A stretch of 64,000 bases of DNA from Tortispora ganteri (lineage: Eukaryota), in assembly GCA_003707115.1 (NCBI GenBank), contig PPNB01000012.1, positions 124,001-188,000 on the forward strand. Direction: 5' to 3'. The notes under the pieces were generated by a model. It made no database searches. It saw only the letters and a program-made list of their open reading frames with translations, and was not told the origin of the DNA. Position numbers and translations under genes: made by a program. This document shows, one piece after another, positions 51,693 through 62,400 of the stretch. Numbering within the stretch: the first letter of the stretch is position 1; each line of letters begins with the position of its first letter.

Positions 51693-54347
51693 TTATTTCC
51701 ATTCTCGCAGTCCTGCGTACGGATCTGATGGCCGTGCAGGCACAGATGCAGGTGAAGCTCCAGGCGCGGGGGATGATCCGCTGGTAGGGTACCCCGTCTG
51801 GTAGTAGGGAGTTTGTAGCTGTTGGTAATTGGGCAGAGAAGGCGCACTGGTGCCACTATACGCCTGCGCGTTTGAAACAGAGGGTTCATTTGGACGGTAC
51901 GAGCCTTGAGGGACAAATCCGCCAGGTGGTGCGTATTGATCATAGGAGCTCTGGCGTGGTAGCACGGGCACCTGTGACGAATCTGGACCGCGCTCTCCAG
52001 CGAGTTTGGGCGGAAGCTGTGGAGGCATGTTAAAGTGGCTGTCCGTATTTGAAGAGATACTGAATCGCGAGAAAGAGTCCGCAATGTTCGTCTCAGTGCT
52101 CCTTCTCGATCCTATTGTGCGCTCTAGCTCATTTGACAGCAGTTGCGCCTCACGGTTCCGTTCTCCCACATACACGTCCACTTTGCTTTGTAGCAGTTTC
52201 GCCTGGTCTAGCAGTTTACTATAAAATTCAATGCCCTTCTCAACTCCACCAGTTACAGACGACCATACCTGATGCGCATTTGCGTACTTCGTAGTCAGAT
52301 TTAGTACCGCTTTCTGTTTGGTCTGCATTCCGGACTGCTTGCGCTTAACGTCAGGATTGTTGAGAATATTCCTCCATACGTCAGACAAGTTCTTCATCAA
52401 GTCCGTTTGCACCTGAACGCTGGCTTCAAGTCGCTTTTGGTACACGTTAAACTTTTCGAGCTCGTACTTGAACAGCGTGTCCTCTACATCTGGGACTTTC
52501 TTGTTGAATACAAGCAGAGAAGAGATGTCATCTTTGTGGATCTTGTCTTTTAGATGCGCGTACGTTTGTGCTCTCTCCTTTTTCACTTTGTTAAGTTTCT
52601 GATATATCACATCAACCTGTTCAATGGCCTCTAGAATTTCACGAGATGAATCAGTGGTGTCGTCGAGGTCAAGCAGCGAAATATTACTGGAGGTGGGATT
52701 CCCAGCATCGCTTTGCGCTTGACGATACGAAAGAGCAAGGGCGCTGGATTCAGAGCCTTGCATGAGAATATCAGCTGTGCCGGAAATAGCCGAATAGTCT
52801 GCAGACAGTCTTGTGTCAGAAGCAGAAGCATCCAGCACAGCCTGTTTAATGTCCCGTAATTCTTTCCATAATTGTGCAGCTGCGTCCGAAGATGGTAATT
52901 GAGACCAGAAGTCGCCAAATTTTGCTTTAAACGAGCTTGATGAGGCTTCCTCCGCTTTCAGAGCCGACCCGATAGCATCTATTATCTGGAACACAGGTTT
53001 CTTCATTGTTTCAAGTCGATTAAAATTAGGCGGGCCACATGCCTTCATGTTATCAGCAAATTCGCGGATTTGAGAGTCGATTTCTGCACCATCGACACTA
53101 GAAGTGTTGGCTTGAAACAGAATCTTTATCTCATAGAGTGCTTTCGGCAGCCCAAGGTATTCTATGGCAGATTCTAGCTCTTCGTCTGCCAGCTCGACTT
53201 TCTCAAGCTCGCCACGTAGAAGAGTTGCTTTCATCTCAGAATATTTACTCGCCTGTTCATGTACCGATAAAGGGATCAACGATTCAAAGAGCTGCTTTCC
53301 GATCAGTTTGACTACGTCAATGCCTTTATAGAGGTCAGACAGCGGTGTAGGTTTCGCAGCTTCCATAACAGGTATCTCTGGGAGCGATGCGGGATCGGGA
53401 ATTGCACAGTGGTATATGAAATCATTTTCTTTGTCCATTGCTTGCTCCTTCTCTTTAAAGATCTTTAGCTGAGAGACCACTATTTCCGATAAGGAGTTCA
53501 ACTGGGGCGGTAGAGAAAGTTTCTGTGCCGTAGACAAGTGGCTTATCGCTTGGGCTATGTGCGCCAAGGCGATACCGTACTTGCTTGATGTTACAGACAA
53601 ATTGAGAGCGGAGTAGTAGTGAGCGAGGCCAGCTGTGTAGTGGCCCTTGACCTGGCAGTAGACGGGCCAGCTCTTATCGCCCCAGTTTGACTTAGCAGCT
53701 TCCTGGAAGCCTAAATAGGCTGCTTTGTAGCTCACGTTTGCAGCTTTATAAACTTTAGCAGTCATTCCGGGCCTGCCGTTTGATTGGACGATATTAGCGG
53801 CGAAAACTTCGTTGGCCTGAGCTATGGAAAGTGCAGTGAGCGTCTTGAGGGTATCAGAGCCGAGATCTGGGCTAGGTGCATGCAGAAAGTTGTCAGATAT
53901 GTAGGTATATATACCAGCTGCAGCTTGAAAATTCTGATAGGCAGATTTGAAATCGGAGGAGTTATTGGCATTAGCGGCTATATGAGTCAGTATTGTAGCG
54001 AGATTGTAAAGCAAAGATGCTTTTTCGAAGGCGATAGAGTGTTGCGTAATTAATGCCTTGGTGAAGGAGTCTCTCCAGGAGAATGATACTCTGCAATGAA
54101 CTTCATCTACGGGTACACGAAGTTCTAGGAGTTCGAGTTGTGCATAATAACGGTAGACGAGGTCTTTGCCCGTAGGATCAAGGCCGGCACCTCTTGTATC
54201 CTGACGCATGCGTTCGAGGGACTTGATTGATTCTGAGTACTGAGAGGCATCACCATAGACGGAGTTAATATATCTATTTAAAGGAGTTGCCCAATCTGTA
54301 TCTTCTGTTGTTTTAAGCGGCAATGAAAGCATTGGTGTAGGAGGCAT
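51693..54347 (-). CDS. BRO1: Bro1/Alix-family ESCRT accessory protein
   Basis: Bro1 domain (YRYYAQLELLELR, QHSIAFEKAS, FLHAPSPDL, KENDFIYH), V domain (GIEFYSKL), Pro-rich tail. Confidence 0.9.
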   Translation of the reverse strand: MPPTPMLSLPLKTTEDTDWATPLNRYINSVYGDASQYSESIKSLERMRQDTRGAGLDPTGKDLVYRYYAQLELLELRVPVDEVHCRVSFSWRDSFTKALITQHSIAFEKASLLYNLATILTHIAANANNSSDFKSAYQNFQAAAGIYTYISDNFLHAPSPDLGSDTLKTLTALSIAQANEVFAANIVQSNGRPGMTAKVYKAANVSYKAAYLGFQEAAKSNWGDKSWPVYCQVKGHYTAGLAHYYSALNLSVTSSKYGIALAHIAQAISHLSTAQKLSLPPQLNSLSEIVVSQLKIFKEKEQAMDKENDFIYHCAIPDPASLPEIPVMEAAKPTPLSDLYKGIDVVKLIGKQLFESLIPLSVHEQASKYSEMKATLLRGELEKVELADEELESAIEYLGLPKALYEIKILFQANTSSVDGAEIDSQIREFADNMKACGPPNFNRLETMKKPVFQIIDAIGSALKAEEASSSSFKAKFGDFWSQLPSSDAAAQLWKELRDIKQAVLDASASDTRLSADYSAISGTADILMQGSESSALALSYRQAQSDAGNPTSSNISLLDLDDTTDSSREILEAIEQVDVIYQKLNKVKKERAQTYAHLKDKIHKDDISSLLVFNKKVPDVEDTLFKYELEKFNVYQKRLEASVQVQTDLMKNLSDVWRNILNNPDVKRKQSGMQTKQKAVLNLTTKYANAHQVWSSVTGGVEKGIEFYSKLLDQAKLLQSKVDVYVGERNREAQLLSNELERTIGSRRSTETNIADSFSRFSISSNTDSHFNMPPQLPPKLAGERGPDSSQVPVLPRQSSYDQYAPPGGFVPQGSYRPNEPSVSNAQAYSGTSAPSLPNYQQLQTPYYQTGYPTSGSSPAPGASPASVPARPSDPYAGLREWK

Positions 54348-54679
54348 AATTGTATGAATTTGTATAGAAGAAGGTAAGAATCGGTGGCCAGGTGGGTGGG
54401 AATGAGTTCGGAGAAGCCCGCTGGTGGCGCGACCGGCGAATACAGAAGTTGAAAGGATAATGAATATTTCTATAATTAAAAAAAAAGGGTTTAAACAAAA
54501 ACAAAGATTAGAAAGATCTTTAAGGATTTAACGGCGTTTATATGCGCTGGTGGAGTTAGCGTTGGGGTTGAGGTGATTGCATGGTGCGCATACACCAGGT
54601 GATTGTTTGCAATATTCAGATTTTGCAGGGAAGACGAAACGGGCATTTGGCCTGTTAACTAGGTCATTGTTTGACCATA

Positions 54680-55717
54680 ATGACAAGAAAAAAAATAGTA
54701 GTAATTAACATGTTCAAGCTAGCGACCGGCAGCTTGAACCATACATGCAATTCTGACTGTAAAGTTGCTGAATGGTCTGACGCAATGTTTACAGAGTCTA
54801 TGTATGAAGTGCCAAAAGCTGAATCGCAGAATACAAGTCCTAAATCAGGAGTGGACTTTATCGAAAGACTATCATACGCAATGGCCAGGATGGCGCAAGA
54901 GATTAGTAGCCACATGTATGCAATGATAGAGCGGCCACAGATGAAACAATTGTCTTCTGGGGCGCCAGATGAGCAAAAAGACGCAGCGAGTATGCGGTCA
55001 GTCGGCAGTGACGAGACAGCGGGCTCGTATAAACCCATTAGGCCGGCATACTTTGTGACAAGATTTATACATAATGCATTTCATCTGGTAGCGTATCAGT
55101 CGGAGAAGATAGGTGCGCATTATGCCGGGGACAGTAAGTTGAAGTCAATTGACTACAAGGCGCTGCTTTCAGGACTCGAAAAGGAGCAGCCGCGGTTGGT
55201 TGGATCAAAGTACTGCGACGAATGTCATTGCAATTCGAACGGCTGGAATATGAACTACGAAAAGCAGCTGAACCAGTGCGACAAAGACGAGGTATGCGTT
55301 GGATCATGTCTTCTTGCGAGTCAGGAGATGCAGAAGACAGGACTTATTGACGACAACTGCTACTTGCACCACCATATTGACCAGACTCCGGCGCTATTGG
55401 GGATGAAGGTACAGGGGCGTGCACAAACGCATAGACAGGCCGGGAACCGGACAATTTTGGCAATCTTAGAGCTCGCAGAGACATTTGAGGCGAGCGCTTC
55501 GCATCTGATACGCAGCGCGGCGGAATCTGGAACAATACTGCTTGAGCAGAATTTCGGTCCACGTTTAGCGCACAAAGCAAGCCATGTAACGCAAGGGATC
55601 GCCGATATACTATTAATATATCTGGACGTCCACAGTATGGGTCGCACGCTTGTGTTTCGTGGGTTCTGCAAGGGGTATGTACAAGAGTGCATGAACAGTG
55701 CGGCGAAGAATAGTTAG
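54680..55717 (+). CDS. Senescence/spartin-associated domain-like protein (divergent)
   Basis: The C-terminus (FEASASHLI...LEQNFGPRLA...ADILLIYLDVHSMGRTLV) resembles fungal senescence-domain ends. The start codon is uncertain (54680 or 54710). Confidence 0.55.
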   Translation: MTRKKIVVINMFKLATGSLNHTCNSDCKVAEWSDAMFTESMYEVPKAESQNTSPKSGVDFIERLSYAMARMAQEISSHMYAMIERPQMKQLSSGAPDEQKDAASMRSVGSDETAGSYKPIRPAYFVTRFIHNAFHLVAYQSEKIGAHYAGDSKLKSIDYKALLSGLEKEQPRLVGSKYCDECHCNSNGWNMNYEKQLNQCDKDEVCVGSCLLASQEMQKTGLIDDNCYLHHHIDQTPALLGMKVQGRAQTHRQAGNRTILAILELAETFEASASHLIRSAAESGTILLEQNFGPRLAHKASHVTQGIADILLIYLDVHSMGRTLVFRGFCKGYVQECMNSAAKNS

Positions 55718-55730
55718 CAACAAATAAGGG

Positions 55731-56369
55731 TTATATGGGCGTAGATGTAGAGGCAGCAGAAGCAGCAGCAGAAGCGGCGGCAGCGGCAGCAGCAGTAGTA
55801 GTAGTAGCCGTGCCATTTGCTGTAGCTGTTGTGGATTCGACCTTTTTATGGCGGAGCCGCTTTTCAGTCTCAAGGAAGACGCGCATACCAACGTCGAGAT
55901 CTTTCCAAGCATCTATTTGTGAGTCTTCTTCGTTGACTTTCTGACCCGCGAGTTGTTTTTGCACCTTTTGGAAAATGTTGACTGGTGGGTCGAAGTCCGT
56001 TGGCCAGTCCTTTAGCGACCCACCTCCTCGCAGGATTTTTTTAACTGCAAGCGTGCGGGCATTATTCCAATCATTGACTTCTTCTTCAAATTGATTCCAT
56101 ACACAATTTATACAACCAGACATACAACAATTATCAGGCTCTATTGGCTTTGCAGGTACTTTAACTCCACGGATCAGTCGACCTTGATGATGTTCAAACG
56201 CATTTAGCTGTGTTTGCCGTCGACTAAGTGGCGATCCAAACACTAGTCGTGCCCTTTCCTCGGGAGTTAAATCTTTATATCTTTTTGGAAATACAATAGA
56301 TCGATGTGCAACCCCGCTTATTGGCTGTGAGGCCGCTAATTTGTAAAATGCTAGCTTATCACTTCGCAT
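55731..56369 (-). CDS. DPC25: Oxidoreductase-like domain protein (OXLD1/YPL107W family), mitochondrial
   Basis: GVKVPAKPIEPDNCCMSGCINCVW and VGMRVFLETEKRL. Confidence 0.8.
   Translation of the reverse strand: MRSDKLAFYKLAASQPISGVAHRSIVFPKRYKDLTPEERARLVFGSPLSRRQTQLNAFEHHQGRLIRGVKVPAKPIEPDNCCMSGCINCVWNQFEEEVNDWNNARTLAVKKILRGGGSLKDWPTDFDPPVNIFQKVQKQLAGQKVNEEDSQIDAWKDLDVGMRVFLETEKRLRHKKVESTTATANGTATTTTAAAAAAASAAASAASTSTPI
55753..55806. repeat. GCA/GCG/GTA trinucleotide run encoding a poly-Thr/poly-Ala tail
   Basis: gcagcagaagcagcagcagaagcggcggcagcggcagcagcagtagtagtagta. Confidence 0.7.
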
Positions 56370-56493
56370 TCCCCCTCGTGGTGTAAGAGGCTAACATCCA
56401 ACCCACCTTCTCCCACCAAACCACCCTTTCTTATACAATATTATCCCTTCACCAACCCCTCTAAGCAACCTTTAATAATCTTTAATAATCTCA

Positions 56494-58809
56494 ATGGCAC
56501 CACCACGTAAAACACAGACACGTGCCGCCAAAGAGAGTCGTCTTGCACGCACTGAAAATGGTATGAAACTTACTGCATTCCCACAAGCAGCTCTTATTAA
56601 TCAGAAGAATTACTCAACTGAGTATATTAAGAAAGACGAGCAACAATTACTCTTCAGACAGGTTGCAGAGGATCTCGCTGTACTAAAACAGGACGAGGAA
56701 ACTTCTAAAACGGCTGTAAAAAACTCGTCAGCTGATGTCTCAGATGATGAAGATGCCTCCGACATCGATAATGAAGTCGCACATGACTACAAAGAAGATA
56801 CTCGGCTCCACTACCAGCGACACCCACCTGACCGTATCATCGCTATACAGCTCGGATCACACAATCTCCGTGTTGGTCGTGTTTCCGATCCTATACCACA
56901 CACAGTTCCTAATGTTATTGCCCGCAAAATGGCACCACTTTCACATGCAACAGCCACCCCAATCACTCTTGTCGCAAACCTGTCTCCTCCAGAAGATGGC
57001 AATAGCGACAGCGACGGTGACGAATCCATGCGCGACGAGCAGTCTATGCTATCTGGACAGTTCCCTTTGCCATGGCGCACAATTGCCAATACAGACACCG
57101 AAAAGCTCGATATCACTCTGTCTAAAGAATTCACTGCCGCCGCCAAAATCGTCGTCAAAGATTTCAGGGACCGTATGCGGTATTACAAACGCCGCATTCA
57201 GCCTGGTTCCAGAACAACCTGTCTTACATATAATAGCCAATGTCTCGATCCGGAAATTATAAAAGAACATGACGATATCAACGGCCCAGAATGGACTGAC
57301 TACAAGAGCCTCGGTTCACCTGAATACTTTGTCGGCGACCAAGCGCTCAACCTCCCTAATGAATCACCCTATGTCTGCCGCTGGCCTATTTCTCACGGTT
57401 TCTTCAACGAACGTGACTACTTCTCACAGCAGGAAATACTTGGTGACATATCTACAATAATTAGTAAAACGCTGGAATCTGAGTTAGGCATATCCAAGAA
57501 GGACCTAGACCACCGCGCAGGAAATGGCTCGTATTCTGCTGTACTGATAATTCCAGATCTGCTCGAAAAATCTTTAGTTGAGAACATTATAGATATACTG
57601 TTCAGACTAGGGTTTTTGCAGGTATCGTTGATCCAAGAAGCACTCGCTGCCACTTATGGTGCCGGACTGTCGACGGCCTGCGTCGTCGACCTAGGTGCCC
57701 AGACAACTAAAGTCAGCTGCGTCGAGGACGGCATGATTATTCCCGATAGCAGAATAAATGTTAAGGTAGGAGGTGACGATATAGCTCTGGCTTTCCAGAA
57801 ACTCCTCCTTCATATTGGGTTCCCCTATCTGGACATTGACCTACGCAAACTGTACCATTGGCATATAATTGAGGAGCTTAAACGGCTATATATCACTTTC
57901 AATGATGCTGATATCACTCCACAAGTGTACAATTTCTTTGTGCGACAGCCTGGCGAAGACACGAAAAAGTTTTCATTTAAGTTGTGCGACGAGGCTATGT
58001 TAGCACCTCTAGGCATGTTCTATCCTGAATTGTACGAATATACCGACAAGTGGAAAAGCCACAATACATTGTTTGCGCATACCCGTGACATCTACACTGG
58101 AAAGATCAGCGATCATATTTCGGAAGCGATGATGACGGTATACGGTAACGGCTACTGTAAAGCGCAATCTGAGGAGCTAGATGATGAGGAGTTTGATGAT
58201 GCAGATGAGCAATTAAAAGAAAACGGTGGTGGGTCCACGGGCACTGGTACGCATACGCCTGTACATACCGGTGCAAAGAGCTCGAATGCAGGAGGAAGCA
58301 CGCCTATTTCCTCTGCGCGAGCTACACCACTGCCAGACGACGGCAATGACGCTGCAGGCACTAATTTGAAGTCGACTCCGGTACCTACATCGGCAGGAGC
58401 AGGAGTAACCGCAACAACTAGTACAAGTTCAGGACACAGAAGAATAAACCCACATATAACACCTGTGGCAGCGCTTGATCACAGTATTATCGAGAGCATT
58501 GCTGTATCTTCAAAAGGGGATGGTGCAAAGGCGAAACGGCTGTATGATAGTATTATTCTAGTTGGCGGGGGATCTAACATTGCGAATCTGTCAGGAATCT
58601 TGGAAGACCGGATCCAGATGTGGAATGGATCCGGTACGACGGTAACAATTATACCTCCGCCACGGGATATGGAACCTGAGATTGTATCGTGGAAAGGTGC
58701 GTGTGTGTTTAGTCGGTTGAACATTTGCAGAGAGATGTGGATTTCACACTCTGATTGGGCAATACTTGGTGCGCGATGCTTGCCGCAAAGATGTCTTTTT
58801 TATTATTAA
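56494..58809 (+). CDS. ARP8: Actin-related protein 8 (INO80 complex)
   Basis: INQKNYSTEYIKKDEQ, MRYYKRRI, WPISHGFFNERDY, ACVVDLGAQTT, PPPRDMEPEIVSWKG. Confidence 0.93.
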   Translation: MAPPRKTQTRAAKESRLARTENGMKLTAFPQAALINQKNYSTEYIKKDEQQLLFRQVAEDLAVLKQDEETSKTAVKNSSADVSDDEDASDIDNEVAHDYKEDTRLHYQRHPPDRIIAIQLGSHNLRVGRVSDPIPHTVPNVIARKMAPLSHATATPITLVANLSPPEDGNSDSDGDESMRDEQSMLSGQFPLPWRTIANTDTEKLDITLSKEFTAAAKIVVKDFRDRMRYYKRRIQPGSRTTCLTYNSQCLDPEIIKEHDDINGPEWTDYKSLGSPEYFVGDQALNLPNESPYVCRWPISHGFFNERDYFSQQEILGDISTIISKTLESELGISKKDLDHRAGNGSYSAVLIIPDLLEKSLVENIIDILFRLGFLQVSLIQEALAATYGAGLSTACVVDLGAQTTKVSCVEDGMIIPDSRINVKVGGDDIALAFQKLLLHIGFPYLDIDLRKLYHWHIIEELKRLYITFNDADITPQVYNFFVRQPGEDTKKFSFKLCDEAMLAPLGMFYPELYEYTDKWKSHNTLFAHTRDIYTGKISDHISEAMMTVYGNGYCKAQSEELDDEEFDDADEQLKENGGGSTGTGTHTPVHTGAKSSNAGGSTPISSARATPLPDDGNDAAGTNLKSTPVPTSAGAGVTATTSTSSGHRRINPHITPVAALDHSIIESIAVSSKGDGAKAKRLYDSIILVGGGSNIANLSGILEDRIQMWNGSGTTVTIIPPPRDMEPEIVSWKGACVFSRLNICREMWISHSDWAILGARCLPQRCLFYY

Positions 58810-59252
58810 GGCGGAGGAGTGATAGCTGTAAAATTAGATAATACTTTTAATTCATCAGGAATAGATAAATTTCTGTCTTGAATTTGTTTGACGAGATTCT
58901 TATGTTCTGTAATTAATTCTTCGAGGTAATCTGCGAGACGTACGACTATACGAGCTTCGCTCTTTGGACTGATTTCTTCGAGCCCTGGGACAATTTTTAC
59001 TAGTTGCTCATACTTCTCTCTTAATAACTTTCTTCTGCGATGTTCCGCTGCTAAATGTCGGGCTTTTTTATCTTCTTTTTGTGGTGAAGGTTGATCTTCT
59101 TCTTCGGCCAGATTGACCTGTTCCTTTGGTTTTGGGATTTCCACATTCCATGATTGACTTCCTTCGAAGTTCATGCTTACAGCTGGTTTTATTTTGCGTT
59201 TTTGAATTGCAGTATCAAAGAATGATCTTGATCCTAAAACATCTTTACTCAT
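58806..59252 (-). CDS. Small bHLH transcription factor, Ino4-like
   Basis: KARHLAAEHRRRKLLREKYEQLVKIVPGL...KSEARIV...DYLEEL. First ATG is at 59252. Confidence 0.75.
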   Translation of the reverse strand: MSKDVLGSRSFFDTAIQKRKIKPAVSMNFEGSQSWNVEIPKPKEQVNLAEEEDQPSPQKEDKKARHLAAEHRRRKLLREKYEQLVKIVPGLEEISPKSEARIVVRLADYLEELITEHKNLVKQIQDRNLSIPDELKVLSNFTAITPPP

Positions 59253-59403
59253 TTTTCTAATGTAGTTATACAAAAATGATGATGAAGTCTTATATAGTGA
59301 TTGTAGGTGTATAAGGTAATTGCTGACTTTGGGTGGGATGATGATCTTCTTAACTCCTCCTCCTCCCCCCGCCCACTCTTTCGCATTACTCTACACCAAA
59401 GAA

Positions 59404-62400
59404 ATGACATCTAGAAAACATAAAGTACCAGAACATAGACATACTATTTATGGTGGAACTGTTTTACAACAAAATACATCATTGGCTCCACAAATGACAA
59501 GACGATCAAGTGGAGACTCTTCTAGGTCTGCCATAACAAGTGTTAGAAGTATCAAGAGCATACGTTCAATTAGGAATAATGCCGAAACAGAATCTGTTTT
59601 CGATTCTGAATCTAATATTCGTCCATCTTCAGAAACACAACGTGTGTTTACATTACCACTTGTAGATATCGCACGTGATCAAGATGTAACAGTTAACCTC
59701 GCAGCTATAGATACTGAAATTGCAAAAGAAACAATGCTCCTTAGATCAGCAAAGTCTGTTCTTAATAATCATAACTCTACCAAAACTTCCGCAGTTTATG
59801 CACAAGCTGATTCACAATACCAATCTGCTCAAGTGCGACTTGAACAGCTCAAAACTCTTAGAAACTCAGCAATCAACGCACCCCCACAAAACAATCTTAG
59901 CCCGCTCCTTAATGATCCTTCGCGTTTCAATGGTCTAAATAGAGTCGAACTCGAAGTATCCGTCCCGCATAACCAGTCTCCTACATTTACTGCAGGTCTT
60001 TTACTTCATGCTCTTGAAGATACACCTCCATCAGAATCTGCGAAACTCGTTCAAAAAGCCAACGAAATCGTCGATCTGCTTTCTGCACATCCGGAATTGC
60101 GTCCTGAATTAGTCTTATCTATTGTTGCAAAACATGTTCAATCTTTGCTTTTGCATCATAGCCCGTACGTTGTTGCAGCAGGTTTCAGGTTAGCCCGTTA
60201 TCTGCTGACCGACGCATCATCCATAAAAGCATTCAGAACTCTCTTTTCCGACTATATTATAATCAAATCTCTCACAAGAGACTCGCAAAGATCTATTGAA
60301 CGCGAACAGGCGCTCAAATTTGTAAGAGCCTTTGCTGAAATTCCTGATGGCCTTAACGAATTATCTCTCGCTGTTCTCCGTACTATTGTCGCAATAGCTG
60401 AAAACGCGGAAGACAAGCTGCGAATAGCTGCACTAGAGTTTATGGCCGAAATTCTCGTTTTAAGTCCTAAACTTGCAGCTTCATCTGGTGCAGTGCGTGC
60501 AGTCTTGCAAGGTCTTATAGAAGGTCCTTTTGAACTTGCTGACTCTTTAATCTTGGCATACTTGCATGTCGCAAACCACCCAGAGTCGCGGCAGTATCTA
60601 AGAATAGATGAGGATTTCCGGTATATAGTCTATCCATTACTAGAATCTCAGTCAACTGGACACATACATGAAGAAAAATTGGCTTCCTCTGCCAAAGTAA
60701 TACTTATCATCTTACGATCTTGGACTGGAATATACGCATGCTCATACAGAAACTTCCAGGTTATTAGAGACATAGTACTCTGCCTGAAATCCCCGCTCAA
60801 ACTGTCACAGGAAATTATTATAGATATGCTATTCGACCTATTTGGCATTGTTCAACCAAAATGGGCTACGCGGTTTTATCTAGATGGCCGAGAATGTGAT
60901 AATATGACAAACGAGAAAGATGACCAGTTGAATATTGACGGAGATGATTACCGCGCACAAGACCCAAAATTGTCCACTGAAATTGACATTATTCGTCATA
61001 TGACCAGCTTGCATCTTGCTCTATTTTTTGAGTGTGGCTTAATGAATGCTTTGTCTGATTTCGTAGACAAAGACGAGAACGACTCTACTCATAGAAAAGC
61101 TAGTCTTCTAGTGAGTGCCCTGACCAGTCTATCATCAAAGGTTCATTCACAAGAATACTCTACGAAGTTTATATCGCTTGGACCGCTCTTTGTGCGTGCT
61201 GCTAACATTGACAACGATAGCCGGTTAATGTCGGCGCATGCTGTCTACGAATTGGAAGGACTGAACAAAGCCTTATATTTAAGCTATGAATCTAAATCGA
61301 ACAGCGATGACAACATGGATCAGTTGAATTATCACATGCAACTGCTAGCTATGGCTAGCATGAGAGGTAGTAAATTTAACTTGAATGTCCTTGAACCAAC
61401 TGATTCTGCACCTGCACCAGATTCTGCGAATATTATAGGTCGACGATCTGTTCAGCCTTCTGGGCCTGAAGATTCATTCAGGGCTGCACTTATGGATACA
61501 CAAGTATTGTCCACTAAGAACTACTCTAAATGGAATTGGGATTTGATATCTCTTATTATTACTGGGCCTATGTTGAACCCAAAAAGACTGGATATTGTTA
61601 TAAAGGATACTAAATTCCTGAAAAGGATAGTGTCCTTCTTCCGACCTTTCAAGTATCGGTTTTCAGTGGTCAAAAATACCGAAAAGAATCGCGTGATTGT
61701 GCGCATTGGATGCGAACTCATTGATACGCTTATGAGCACTACTGAAGGAACAACATATCTTCTAGAAAACAAACTGATTCGTCAGATTGCTGAATGTATA
61801 GCCCAAATTGATCCTTATAGTGGAATTAGCGCTATGGACCCTTTGTTATCTCGAGAAAGAATGGAGCGAACGTTAACTGGAGGATATTTCACTATTTTGG
61901 GCACCCTTACGAACTACCCACAAGGTATTGCAATTCTGGAGCGCTGGCGCATTTTCAGTATGCTTTATCACCTTGTTGAGTTAGGAGACAGAGAGGACGT
62001 TCTTATTGCTATACTTTCGTCACTCAATTATACGTTCCAGAGTCATCCAATGAACTTAGTGTCCAAATGCTTAATATCAGAACACCTCAGCGTTAGAGTA
62101 TTTACCACATGGTTTGTGGGGTCTGCCCTTGTTAAAGCCCGACGAGAATGGCAGTTGAGCTCAGTCAACAGCACAGCTATTGTTCTTCCTCTAAGAGATT
62201 TTGAGAAGGCATTTTTGCGCTTGTTGATTCAACAGCTTTACGACATGTCAGATGAAGTAGTCGAAATTGCAGTTTCGGCACTGACTAAGCAATGTGAACA
62301 TCGTGAAAGATTGGACTATATAGTATCTCTTCGTCCTGTGTTTTCTCATCTGGGGAAAGTTGGTGCTCCATTATTGGTGCAATTTGTTGGGTACTCTCCA

